From the human T2T-CHM13v2.0 reference genome, Homo sapiens: a stretch of 64,000 nucleotides of DNA. The notes under the pieces were generated by a model that was not told where the DNA came from, ran no database searches, and saw only the letters and a list, made by a program, of their open reading frames with translations. The stretch lies in the NCBI RefSeq assembly GCF_009914755.1, contig NC_060927.1. One strand, written 5' to 3'. The translations under genes and the position numbers were made by a program. Shown piece after piece: positions 28,496 through 42,522 of this stretch; the first letter of the stretch is position 1, and the number at the start of each line of letters is the position of its first letter.

Positions 28496-30801
28496 AAGTC
28501 TTAAACTAAAGCAAGATGTTCAGAGGGTTCAGAAGAGAGGAAATAAAATAGGTCTTGGGAATTAAAGCTTCAAAGAAAGTCTGAAGCAAGTGGAAACTGG
28601 GCTTTAGGGGTAATGTATGTGTTAACTACAGATACATAGACTTCTGGGCCCAGAGGAGAACTTAGAACATATAGCCCAGTTAGGCCCCTCATTTACAAAG
28701 GAGCAAAGTCAAATGATTTGCCAATTCACATTCCTAGACTTCTTCATTACCTAGAGCCAAGTGCCTCAATTAGCATGTTCATAAGCCATAAAGAGGTTAC
28801 AGCTGTGCACTCAGGCCCCCCCACTGAGTGAGCAGACAGGTGTGAATAGCCAGGTCTCCTTGGTGAGTGTCCTGAGAAGAGCAGGTCTGGTGGTGTACAT
28901 CATGCAAAGTTGGAAGACATGAACCCAGAGGAAAGCCAGAGAAAAAATGAGTTGGTATCATTTTGATCAACTTATGGTCCTATAAATGAGGGTGGATAAA
29001 AATAAAAGGAAAGTTATATGATGACAGCCAAATAGTTCTCCATGAGCACATCCTAGAAATGCTGACATAGGGGCTCCTCAGCATTACATGAGGTGCAAAA
29101 TTTTAATTTATTTTTTTACCAGAATTTCAGGAAGAGGGATGGACTATGTGCTGGTTCTTGTTGGGTACTAGTCAGTGCAGGTGACCTGATTATGCTTCCT
29201 AGGGACTGTGTGCAGAGGGAACAGTCAGACACAAGGAGCCTGGACTTTGCAGACAGGGAAGTGGGCATGGCAGCATGGCATGGATGAGGAAGGGGTGGAT
29301 GAGAATGAAGCTTGGAGGAGAGGAATGGGTAAAGAGAAAGAAAGAGATGGAGAGGTGGGAAGAGAGAGAGAAAGCTGGGAAGAGAAAGAAAGAGGTGGTG
29401 AGAGAGAGAGAAGAGTGAAATTGAATTGAGCAGTTACTGTGTGTGTTGGGGGGCGCTGGGGGATGTGGAGACGTTTAATGAGATGGAAAGAGACCTACAG
29501 AAGGCTTTTGAGAGACTTTCTGCATGAAGTGCTACGGGATCCCCTTAGTTGCCACTATCAGGAAACTTCATTAATGGTCTACGGTTTCTTCAAAGCTTAT
29601 GCCATCTGGCTACTGTTTCTTTGAAATGGTACTGCATGAAGAGAGAACCATGTGGGGCTCCAGTTATATACTGGACATAGAATACTCTATACAGCATTAA
29701 TTTACCTCTAAAGGAACAGCAACCCATGCTCCACTTTTGCTCTGCCTGTATATTTAGAGCAAGACGTAACTCCTTAAGAACAACATGGATCCAATCCTCA
29801 GAGGCCTAATTTAGAGAAATGTCTCCTTCATTTATTGAAGCTTAAATAATACATTGGTACAATAGTGTGAACTTACCATTTTAGTCCAAAATAAGGATCT
29901 TCTAGCACGAAAAGAGAAATAAGTGACCTTTTACAATGTTGAGAGGTTTTAAAAATGTAAGAAACAGGAGGGGAAGAGTCTTGAGCTACCTCTTTTTCCC
30001 CAAATCATTTAATGAGTGCTTAACATGTGCCAGGCGTTATGGTAGGCCAGAGGTAGAAAAGATGAATAAGATATAACCAGCGGTCTTTCACTTTCAAGAA
30101 GATTGAAATGTAACAGTGGCAGACGCAGTGGATAAAATACAGTGCAAATAATAGCAAGTGATAGAAGTATGTGAAGGGTGGGGCACAAGATTAGAGCCAT
30201 TTATTGTGCGCCAAGCTCTACTGTAAACATTTTAAAATTTGTTTATTTTATTGTGTTAAAATATGCATAATATACATTTACCATTTTGCCGATTTAAACA
30301 TGTACAGTTCAGCGGCATTTATACGTTCACATTGTTGTGTGATCATCTCCACACCTTTCCCCCAACTGGAATTCTGCAGCCATTAAACAAGAACTCTTGC
30401 CCTTCCCCTCAGCTCAAAATTCTCTACGAGGTACTTCATATATATGGAACCATACAGTATTTTTCCTTTTGTGTCTGCATTATTTCATTCACCATGATGT
30501 TATAGTAAGCGTTCAACATTCAGTACTTCATGTAATTCTCAAAATAACTTTATCAGGTTGGTGGCATTTCCCCCATTTCACAGATGAAGGGACTGAGAAT
30601 CAGGGAAGGTATTTGTTCAAAAGTCACAGTCAATAAATAGCATAGTGTGAATTTGAACGCCAGTCTGTGCGATGCCAAAATCCAAGCTCCTACCCACAAC
30701 ATTGATTAACCTGGTAGAAAAGAGTGAGTAGAAAACTTTCCAACACAGCTCATACTAGTTATAAGAATAGAATATTTCTCACTTTGAAAATGAGATTATT
30801 T

Positions 30802-31170
<369 letters not shown>

Positions 31171-31299
31171 TCACTCTGCTTTTTACCACTGGAGGAAAAG
31201 CTGTTGCCGTCTGTATGTACTTCTAGTCTATTGAACCCTTCCAGAAACTGGCCTCCGGACTGAAATTAATTGTGACAGCCCTTTCTGCATCTTCTCCCA

Positions 31300-31720
31300 A
31301 GAAGCCTGGGCCTCATTTCTCCTCCGAGGGCTCCTTTTCGTGGCTGCTATTTCTGCTGCTTTGTTTTGGAGCACTTTGCACCTGGAGCCTGAGGAGGGCC
31401 ACTCCGAACCCGATGTCCCTCTCGCGGCTGTTCTGGCGTGGGATGTGTCCGCAGTTGCCAGAGCAATGACAACACTGCGGGACCGCGGAGGCGGCTGGGC
31501 GGGGCTGGAGCCTGTGACCGCGCCCGCTGCGCGCATGCCCAAGGCCCCAGCGCTTCTGCAGGGCAGTGGCACCGGTAGGCACTCGGAGGCGCGGAATCTC
31601 CTTTATCTTGAATTCTTTGGTCCTCACCTCCCTCCCACTGCACCCGGATTCCCTCTCTCGACCCAGGCGCATGAGACGGATGGTTTCTTCCCAGGACTCT
31701 GCCTTCACTGGGACGCACAC
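31300..31720. promoter_or_regulatory. Small intragenic CpG island, candidate promoter or enhancer
   Basis: More than 20 CpGs in about 400 bp of non-Alu sequence; GC box GGGCGGGG about 31497-31504; NRF1-like TGCGCGCATGC about 31528-31538; X-box-like GTTGCCAGAGCAAT 31454-31467. Confidence 0.7.
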
Positions 31721-31934
31721 ATGGAAGACAGTGGACTGGGACAGAGTTCACCTGTCAACTGAGTCTCCTGTATACTCGACCCTGCTCCAGCCCTTCAAGG
31801 CCAGCTGCCTTTTGATGGGAACAGGGAGTTAGCATGTGTGGTGACCTGAGCTAGAACAACCAAAGGACGCAGCTTTCAGATTGATCTTTTCTTCCTCTCT
31901 CCATTTTGTCCTCTTGGGTTACATATAGTAGACA

Positions 31935-32185
31935 TAATGGAAAGGCCGTATTACTTTGGCATCAGGAGGCCTGCGTTCCAATTCTGGCTCTGCTACTTAT
32001 GGGCTATGTGTCCTCCAGCAATGCAGTAATGTCCTCTGAACCTGTTTCCTTATCTGTAAAATGGGGATAGTAACAATACTAACATCCAGTGTCGTTGTGT
32101 GACAATCAAATGACGTAACATATACCAAAGCACTTGCAAAAGTAATGAACTATATGAGTTGAATATTATTGTTGTTATTATTATT
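31935..32185 (+). mobile_element. MIR SINE
   Basis: ctggctctgctactta...tttccttatctgtaaaatggggatagtaac. Confidence 0.7.
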
Positions 32186-35100
32186 TTACTATATTTACTT
32201 TTAGAATCCTGCTTACTTTCCTATTTATGGTAGATGAAGATTGCTCTGGATTTCAAGCAAGCATCTTTATATTAGGTTAGCGCTATCATCAGCATTTGCA
32301 CTGTATGAACACTATGCCCTGTATGGCCAGCAGCCACCTTGGCAGTGGGGAAACAAATCATTCCATCTCTTAGCACAGAGATTCTTATTCCTTGTATAAG
32401 TGAGTGAATTGCTCATTTGTTGCACAATTAATCACATCTACTTCCTCATTTCCTAAAATGAAATCATCTAATGAATTGGATGAATAAAGAGGAAAACTGG
32501 CTTTTAATTCATTTATCCAAAGTATTTAAATGTGTAATAATTAGCCTGCAGTAAATTATTGTGAGGAGAACAGAAACTCATGTCCAATTAGTCGAATCCT
32601 TTCCTATAGAATTTAGGTATGGAAATTCAGTTTCTGCTCACTGGAAGCTAACTTTCTGGGAAGCTGAATGTGGTCTGCATTCTGTGTGCAATGTTTTATT
32701 CCACCACGTGGAGAATCACAATAAGACAGCAGAGGCGGTGAGCACTAAGCACGTGACATCTGTGGCCCGCTGCTGTCATTATATATGAGAGAGAAAAACA
32801 AGGCTTGAATTCTTAGATGCTCAAGTCAGACAAAGGTCTCTTGAAGGACTCAGTAACAATTCTCAACACAATGCTTAATTCTACCAATTGTGCTCCATCT
32901 CCTTTTTCCTTTCCACATCAGCTATTCAAATTCCCTGGGTAAAGCAGAAGGAAGCAGGACCAGATAAGGCTTCCTGGTAAAACTGGGTAACTCACACATT
33001 GAGGACAAGTGATGCCTACTCTCAATGGGGCTCTCTCAACAAACTTGCCAGAAGAATATGCCCTCCCCCCCCCAAAAAACTGAAAAAGTTTATAAACTTA
33101 TATTCCACTCAAATTACAATTAGAACAATTTATGAATTCAAAGGCTACTTTTTAATATAGAAACAGGTCATCATGATGTCCGGGTAGTTCATCAGGAGCC
33201 ATTACAAATTTTAGGGAATGGAGGGAATATATCAGAAATTTTAGAAATTTTGTGTCCACAAATCTCTGTTGGAAGAGCAACTATTAACTCAGATGATAGC
33301 AGACTGCTACTTTCAGAGATGCATAAAAGATGGGAGGTTTACACTCAATCCAGCCTTCTAAGAAGAGACTTTTGCTCAACAAAAATCAATAGACACTATG
33401 GTCCCCACTAGAAAGGCTCAGGTAGTCTGGGGACTTGAGTTCAAATCCAGTCTTGGACACTCAAGCAGTTTCCTTAACCTCTCAGTCTTACAGCTCACCA
33501 TTTATGATAATGGGGATAAAAATGGCTATCTCACAAGACTGTTACGAGGAATAAACGAAATGCCTGGAAAGGTCTAACATGGCCTGGCAGAGACCAGGAG
33601 CTTAATAAATGTCAGTTTCCCATTCTCACCCCTTCCTTTTCCTCCAGTTCAATAAATGTCTTTTTTGAAAAACAGAATTATGTTCTTTTAAATGACCTTA
33701 TCACATGTTACTGCTATACTGAGTTTATAAACCAATTCTGGTAAATCTTGTAAGATTCCAATTTATGCCCATTTTTAGGCCGTTTTCAACAGTTTTCATT
33801 TGATGTTCAAGGAAGGATTGCAAACATTTGTTGAGCACCTACAGTACATTGAAGGGTTTCCCCATAACAATGTGCAAACTCTATCTCTACACATACAGAA
33901 ACAGAAATCACTGAAATGAAGTGAAATGCAAGATTACAAAACTAGTAAGTGGGCAGAATCAGGACGTTCACTCAGGTCTCTTAACATCTCCCTCTGTGTC
34001 CGCTTCACAAGGCAAGGTTGCCTGTCAATATGTTTATTTCTTGATAGCAGGTTGTCATGCTGATTTCAAAGTTACATTTGAAATGAGAAAAGCTGTGCAA
34101 TGCTTGCACTCAGAACTTCTGTTTTATAGTCTTCTTTGGACATAACAGAGTGAAAAATTGAAGCCAATTTGCAATTGGTTCCCTTGTTATTTAATCGTAT
34201 AGAGCCAAGTTTACCGTGGTCTTCATATCACATCTCTAGCAACCAGAAGAAGCTGGCAGAATGGGGATTCTCAGCTTGCTCCTTTTTAGAATGGTTGGGA
34301 CAGGGTGAAATCACCTAAATTTTAAGTATTGGGACACCAGGGCTGGGACAGATTTCCTGAATGATGACTCAGGTTTCTGAGCTGGTGTCCCTACTGAGAG
34401 AGGATATTTGGAACAGTCATTAAGAGCACAGACTTTACTTCCTGGCTGAGATCCTTTCCCTGTCACTTAATACTGTGTGCCATTAAATAACTTTCTAAAT
34501 CTCTCTAAGTCTGAATTTCCTCATCTCTTAACTCAGGTTAATGGCATCTACCACTTGAGGTTGTGATAAGGGCTACAGACATAGTTAAAGACTTGTTAGC
34601 ATGATGCCAGGCTATCTAATAAGACTGCAGTCTCCATGGGAGGTTTTGTATCTGAACAGTTCCCACGGAGGCTAGTACAGGGCATGACACACGCTTGAAA
34701 GGTCAATAAACATTTAACAGAATTGTACCTTCCGTCCATGGGAAGACACCTTTCCTTGGGAGTGCTACAGAGGTTTATTCAGCTCTGTCCTCTTGGCGTG
34801 GAGCTTTCTGCTTCATGGCAGCCAGTTCCTTTGCTGGACAGCTCTGATAGGAAAGTCTATGAAACATATCCGATCAAAATTCACCTCCTTTTACTTCTAT
34901 CCACTAGTCTCAGTTCTCCCACTCGAGGTCACGCAGTATATTTCATGCCTCTTGTGTGTGGTTGCAGAGGGAAATGGCATGAATGTTATTTTGCAAAGTT
35001 GGAAAAAGAAAGGGTAAAAGCTGGTGACTTGCAAGCCAAATTGAGTGTACAGATAGATGTGTTGATCTGCAGTACTGAAAGTTTTTTTTTTTTTTGCATC

Positions 35101-36741
35101 TGAATGTTCTAGGGGTATTCATTCTTTATTTGCCACTGTCCTTACCTCTCTTCATTGCTCTGTACTTGGCCAGCTTCACTCTGCTATGTGACCACCTCTA
35201 CCATCCCCTAGCCTCATCCAAGGGCTCTGATTTTGTAATTCACAGTGAGTGGAAAGAGTTTTGAAATCAGAATAATCTTGAGCTTGAATCCAGGCTCTTG
35301 CTGGCTGTATAATATAGAGTAAGTGAACTAATTTTGGTGAGTTACAGCTTTCTTAATGGTAGATGAGGTGCTCTCACCTGCCTTCCAAGATTGCTGTGAA
35401 GAATAAAGGAAATAAAGAGCCTAGAATAGTGCAGGACACAGGGCAGGGTCTAAAGAAATCTAAATTCACTAGACACCATCCCTTATCTCCCAACTGAAAT
35501 TCCTTGTTTACAGGTCAAACACAGAGACTGAAGAAAGAAAAAACATATGCGATAGAGAAGTTAGATGAGAAACTGTTAGAATAGAGGGAATAATGACAAC
35601 AAGAAGAAAGTGAGAAGATAAAACAACCAATTCACAAAGCACATACAAATTCTTAACTCTAAGTAGAGTCACTAACAGGGTTTCAATGGCTACTCAAAAA
35701 GCAGAAGCTCTAGTGAGGTACTGATTAAATCAGAATCCCTGGGCGTGAAACCTAGGAAGGCATCAGTATTTGGAAAAAATCTTCACATTATTCCAGTGTG
35801 CATCTGTGACTGAGAACCAGGAGCTAGAGGCTCTCTCATTAATAACAGCACACAGCTATAATGTGAGAAAAGCTTTCAGTTAGTGGAGGCAGCTTTTTCC
35901 AGTTTGGGTGGACCAACAGTCCACCTCTAAATGGTGTCAAATAGAGCTGCACTATACATGGATTTTTTGCATTGACAAAAAGAGAAGAATCAATGAGCAA
36001 TATTTGATGTATATTATTAACTCTGTCAGTAGCAGTGGGTATGTATTGAGTAGCCTGGCTACAAGGGGTTTCATAGTATATGAAACATGGACGCCCTACT
36101 TGGGTAATTTTCAATTGAGTGGAGGCTCACACACATTAATGAGCACAGCAGACATGGAAAATCTCTCACTGAGGTATTGTGAAAGTACGCTCATCTGAGA
36201 AATTGGTAGTGGCCTTTCTCAGTTCCACAGACTATGTGTTTATCAATCAATTAGAAGCAGGATTGAAATTTCCAAACACTAAAAAATTCTGCAAAGAGTG
36301 TAATTAGATTCTGAAACTTAAAAGATAGAAAGCATAATGATAATACAGTTACCATTAATTGAATAAAAATTATATTTTTATTATAATAAATATTACACAA
36401 TAATTATCGTTACCATTAATTGAACACCTACTATGTGCTAAGAATACATTATTTCAAACCCTTACACCAATTATGGAGGCAGATATGACTATCTTTGTTT
36501 TTCAGCCAAAGAAAAGAGTTTCAGGGAGCTTAAGGAACTTAACCATAATCTCAGCTAGGAAGTGGTACAGTCAGGATTAAAACCCAGGTTTTTTTCTATT
36601 ACAGTAGTAGAATAACACAGGCTTATTCTACTATAGTACCTTAACATTCCCAAACAAAGCAAAAACAATATAAAGATAGTACTGACGCAAAGTAAATAGC
36701 ATTTTTTTAACTTTGTAGTTGCCAAATTTTAAAAATAATAA

Positions 36742-37072
<331 letters not shown>

Positions 37073-39319
37073 AAAAAAGTTACTTTTAAAGGAGAAGAAA
37101 AGTGAAGAATAAGAACAGGGATTGGATTTACTATTTAGAACATTGTTATTAATCAGATGCTTTTTCTTAGTTAAAAGCATTACCATCTAGGAATAAATAA
37201 AATGTGTTTGACTTTCCATAATTATAAATAAATTTCATAAATTTATAATTCATAGCAAAGGGCCTGGAAGTTCAGTTCACATTTTCATATTACAGTCTTT
37301 GCATTTGAGGCAGATATCCCCTAAAGTTATTAAATGATCAATCTTCCCCAAAGAAGCAGCAAACAAAATCCTGAGCAATTCTCACCTAGCAAGCTGTCTT
37401 CCTTCTTGAAGGATTTCAGCATCTGTTTGGTCTTTATCTAAAGTATCTTCCAAAAACAGCTCAGCTTAACTTTCTCCTGTTTGGCTGTGGTCAGCAAGAT
37501 GAGAAATTATGAGGGGGAAAATTAGAATTTGGAAGTGGGCACTGACCGAGTTGTCATCTGACCAGAGAAGATGAATGAGAAGATAAACAGGAAGGCAGCA
37601 TGGGAGAAATACAATTAGACGTGTGGATCCACGGAGAGAATTAGAATTCAGCAAAATTCCCTCCGTGCAGGAGCTACCAATTCAATTCTGTAAAATTGTA
37701 AATGATGCTATCACTTTCAAAACTGGGTAGGCACATACTGTATTTCTTCACTTCTACCCAATCCCCAATCCCCACCAGCTGCTGAAAAAACAAAGTACTA
37801 GATAAACAAAAAGAATGCCTACCTTGGATTTTCTCTCTGCGGAAGCAGTCGACTTGTTTATTAATCTGAAGCTTCTAAAGCTATTAATGTTCATTGTTAA
37901 AATGCAATTTTAACAGAATTGTATGAACTGGCAACTAAGAAGTTTTTTAGAGCATTTTTGCTGATGTTGATTTTAAACACAAGCAATCAGTATATCTACA
38001 TTCGTGCAAAGAGACTTTAATAATATTTAGTTAATATGACATTATACCAACAGTGAGCAGATCCCATGACTAGCTTTCCCAGTGACGGTGCCGTTGTGTC
38101 TCTTCTATTTAGATGAAACATGTGGCCGTATTTGTAGCTGAGGTTTGGAATGGCATTATTTCCAGTCTGATTAACTGTACAGGTCTTTCTCATAGTTTAG
38201 TCCGTGTTGCAATATTCTATTTTAAAAAATTGTTTTGGGAAGGATTAATAAATGGTAAAGTACAGAACTGAAGAGTAGATTTTTAAAAAAAAAATAAGTA
38301 GTTTTAAAAACCACTTATTATTCCAGCATCCAGAGGAAATTACTACTAATATTTTAGAATGTTTCCTTAGAGCCCTTTTTGTTAAGCATCTTAACACAGT
38401 GGATCTTTCCAAGTTTTTGTCTTGCCTTTGTTTTTGCTTAGTATGTTTTAAGCATTGTTGCATGTCAGTATAAACTCTGTCAGCATGATTTTAAATTGCC
38501 CCTAGTATTCCATAATATGTAAGCACTAGAAATTATTTCCCTTAAAAAGTAAGACCAAGCAACTGCTCCCTTTAATTTAGAACCCATTAAGTATTACTTT
38601 ATATAAAACATCTGGTAGGACTACACACTAAATTGCCTGTGTTCACACTGGATTGCCTTACAGAGTATCATACTTTGTTTCCAAGCAAAACAGACACTGA
38701 GTGGAGACAGGTGGCCTTCTTGCCCCAGCTGCTGCCTTTTTCATGCAAAGTAAGTCTAACCAAACCCTCAAGGGTAGGAGGAATAGGGAGCCTCATCTGA
38801 CAAGCAGGTGAAGTCTGAAATAATCTCGTGATTATGGACAGGTTACCTAGAGGGACAGGCATTTATTAAAAACCTGCTATAAGCAGGAGAGTGCTAGGTG
38901 CTGGGAATATAAAAATGAATAAGATGCAGTTTCTACCTTAAGAGGGCTGGCAACATTGGCCCAGTCTGCACACCTGGGTTCAACTTTAGTTTCTCTGGAA
39001 CTCTGTCCTCATCTTGGCTGGACCCTGACATCTCACCTACCACTTGTGAGCCTTCTTCCCCCACCATCAGCCTTTGCTGAGGATCTGCTGTAAAAGGACC
39101 GGCCTATTGGTACTGTGAAACTGTGGTCGAAGGACTGTGTGCTCTCTGGCACTGCCACCTGAATTTTCTTGGTCAGTGACAGTGGCTTTACACTGCAGGC
39201 TCATTGATGATCAGGTCAGCTTTTAGTCTTTCCCACTGCCCTGTGGTGCTTGGTCCTAGCATGTCTTATAGTCACACTTGCTAGGCAATTGGTGCAGCCT
39301 CTTAGAAAATACCTCTTTC

Positions 39320-39603
39320 AAGGACAAAAAACCAAACACCGCATGTTCTCACTCATAGGTGGGAACTGAACAATGAGAACACTTGGACATAGGAAGCGGA
39401 ACATCACACACTGGGGACTGCTGTAGGGTGAGGGGAGGGGGTGGGGAGGGATAGCATTAGGAGATATACCTAATGTAAATTACGAGTTAATGGGTGCAGC
39501 ACACCAACATGGCACATGTATACATATGTAACAAACCTGCACATTGTGCACATGTACCCTAGAACTTAAAGTATAATAACAAAATTTAAAAAATGTAAAA
39601 AAA
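39320..39603 (+). mobile_element. 5'-truncated L1PA 3' end
   Basis: L1PA 3' UTR (catgttctcactcataggtggg...ccctagaacttaaagtataata) with TSD-like aaa(a/t)tacctctttc at about 39306-39319 and 39602-39615. Confidence 0.92.
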
Positions 39604-40309
39604 ATTACCTCTTTCCCATCTTCTCACATCTTCAGTTTGATCTAATAGCATCTATTGAGGGCCCATTGCATACACTATCCCCAGCAAGCACATGCTGTCT
39701 AATGCAGGTGTAAAGACTGGACTGAGCTGCTGAGGCACTTACAGTCTAGTTGAAAATATTCAATGAGCATGTGGAAACAAAGGTAAGATCATGATAACAT
39801 GCCCCTCACTGGCACTGCACGTAAGTCCCAAGAGGTCAAAGCAAGTAAAACAATAGTAGTGCAGGGGAGATTAAGGGTCTCCTGGCTAAGTGAGTGATGG
39901 ATGAGGAAAGGCTGAGAGGAAATTGGTAAGTATTCTGAAACGGAGACGTAAGAGGAGGCAGGGAGCAAAATGTGTGTTGGAGGAGGCATATGTGTGGTGC
40001 CCAATGGCAAAGGGTACCAGATTGCACTGAAACAATGAACTCTACAAGATGTAAGTCCTGCTGGCCTTTTCTCACTTTAGAATATGCATAGTCTGTTCTC
40101 TTTTGTCAGGGAAATGCTGAAGGCTATTACAACGGAGACTTTGCATATTCCATAAAAAATGTTATTCTTGCTTCCTCTCCCTCCCACCTCAATGAAATAA
40201 TATCGAGCTTTGTGACTTTATAAGACTGAATTAAGAAAATTCTGAAAAATGGGCGATAGATGCTTATTTTCCTTGGTCACTGACTTTAGAGAAGACAATT
40301 ATTTTTGTC

Positions 40310-40815
40310 AGTTTGAGTGTGATCATTAGAGTTGAGATTACTAGCTTTCTACTCCCATGTCTTTCTTCCTTAGTAACATGGTTTTCAGGTAGATATATTA
40401 CCATGCAGAATAAATGAGTCTATTTCCTAGGGGAACCCATCTCCAGTAGCCAGTTCTGACTACTTGATTAAATTCTGGGCAATGAAGTATAAGCAAATGG
40501 TCTCTATGAAACTTCTACAAAGACTCCTTAAAAAAAAAGAAAAAAAGGAAAAGTAGATTATTTTTTACCTTTCTAGCCCCACCTTTCTTCCTGCTTGCTG
40601 CCTCGAACTCAGAGATGATGAATGAGGATTCAGCAGCTATTTTAGAATATGAGGACTAGGTCCTCTTCTAAGGTATAGCAGAGCAAAGAGCTGGAAGAGG
40701 CTTGCATTTCTGACCACTTAGGAGCTCTTATACCAACCCCACATGATATAATACCAGATTTCCTTTTTGTGAGACAGAAATAAACTGCTGTTTTGTTCAA
40801 GCCACTTTGTTTATA
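40310..40815 (+). mobile_element. Old MaLR LTR (MLT1J/K-like)
   Basis: tttccttttgtgagacagaaataaact...gttcaagccact-type 3' portion. Confidence 0.5.
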
Positions 40816-41631
40816 TATGAATTTTGTAAGTACATAGAGTGTATACTCTCAAAAAGAGGAGCAATGTTCATGCCATGTGGTCCATGGGGAGTGTTCAATG
40901 TTGATGATGGAGGTGATGACGATGAAATGAAAGCCAAGAAAACAAAATGGCTTAAATAACTATGTATTTTCTTTATATTTCTCTTCTTTATTTCCACATC
41001 CCAGCTCCTTCCAACATATTTCCAATAGTGGAATAGACCTTTATCAATGATAAATTTGTGATAATTTACAATTACAAAGCAATTGTTACAATAGTGACTT
41101 TTTCCTCTTAAACTCATGGTCTTTGAGTGCAAAAGTAATGCTTGCTTCTGCTACTATACTTTGCTTATATTATAGATTTGCAAGAAAGCTTCTTGGATCT
41201 AATAAGGCAGATTTCCAAAGCAAAGGTAGCCTTGTTTAGCTGCATTTAATCCGGATTCTGTAATATCAAACCATCTGGCATAACAACAGACGAAAGGCAT
41301 ACTCTTGTCTCTTTAGGAAACAATATACCCACTGAATTTTATTTCTATTCTAGCTTTGTTTCAAATGTTGAGAAAGAAATATTTTTGGATTTTTTTTTTA
41401 AAACTGTATATTTCAGAAAGGGTCTACCGCCTTTGCTAATACTCTGTACCTGTAGCAGAAAGAAAAGGTCGGGGGGTGTGGGAAGAAGGGAAAAATGTGT
41501 ATATAGCAGAATGACAATGAGACTGTTGAGGATAGTTAACAATTTGTAAGTTCATCTAATCATTTACTTTTCAATGACCCTTTTGAAAACAGCATACATC
41601 GTATCTATTCAACAATGATCTCCTCTTTAGG

Positions 41632-42522
<891 letters not shown>

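Noticed and set aside
31228-31832. Six overlapping ORFs in the CpG island
   Set aside because: Expected from stop-poor GC-rich sequence; no recognisable protein similarity.
35141-35232. Other isolated minus-strand donor motifs (about 35145, 37822, 44931, 53936, 54635)
   Set aside because: No convincing paired acceptor; such motifs are expected by chance in 60 kb.
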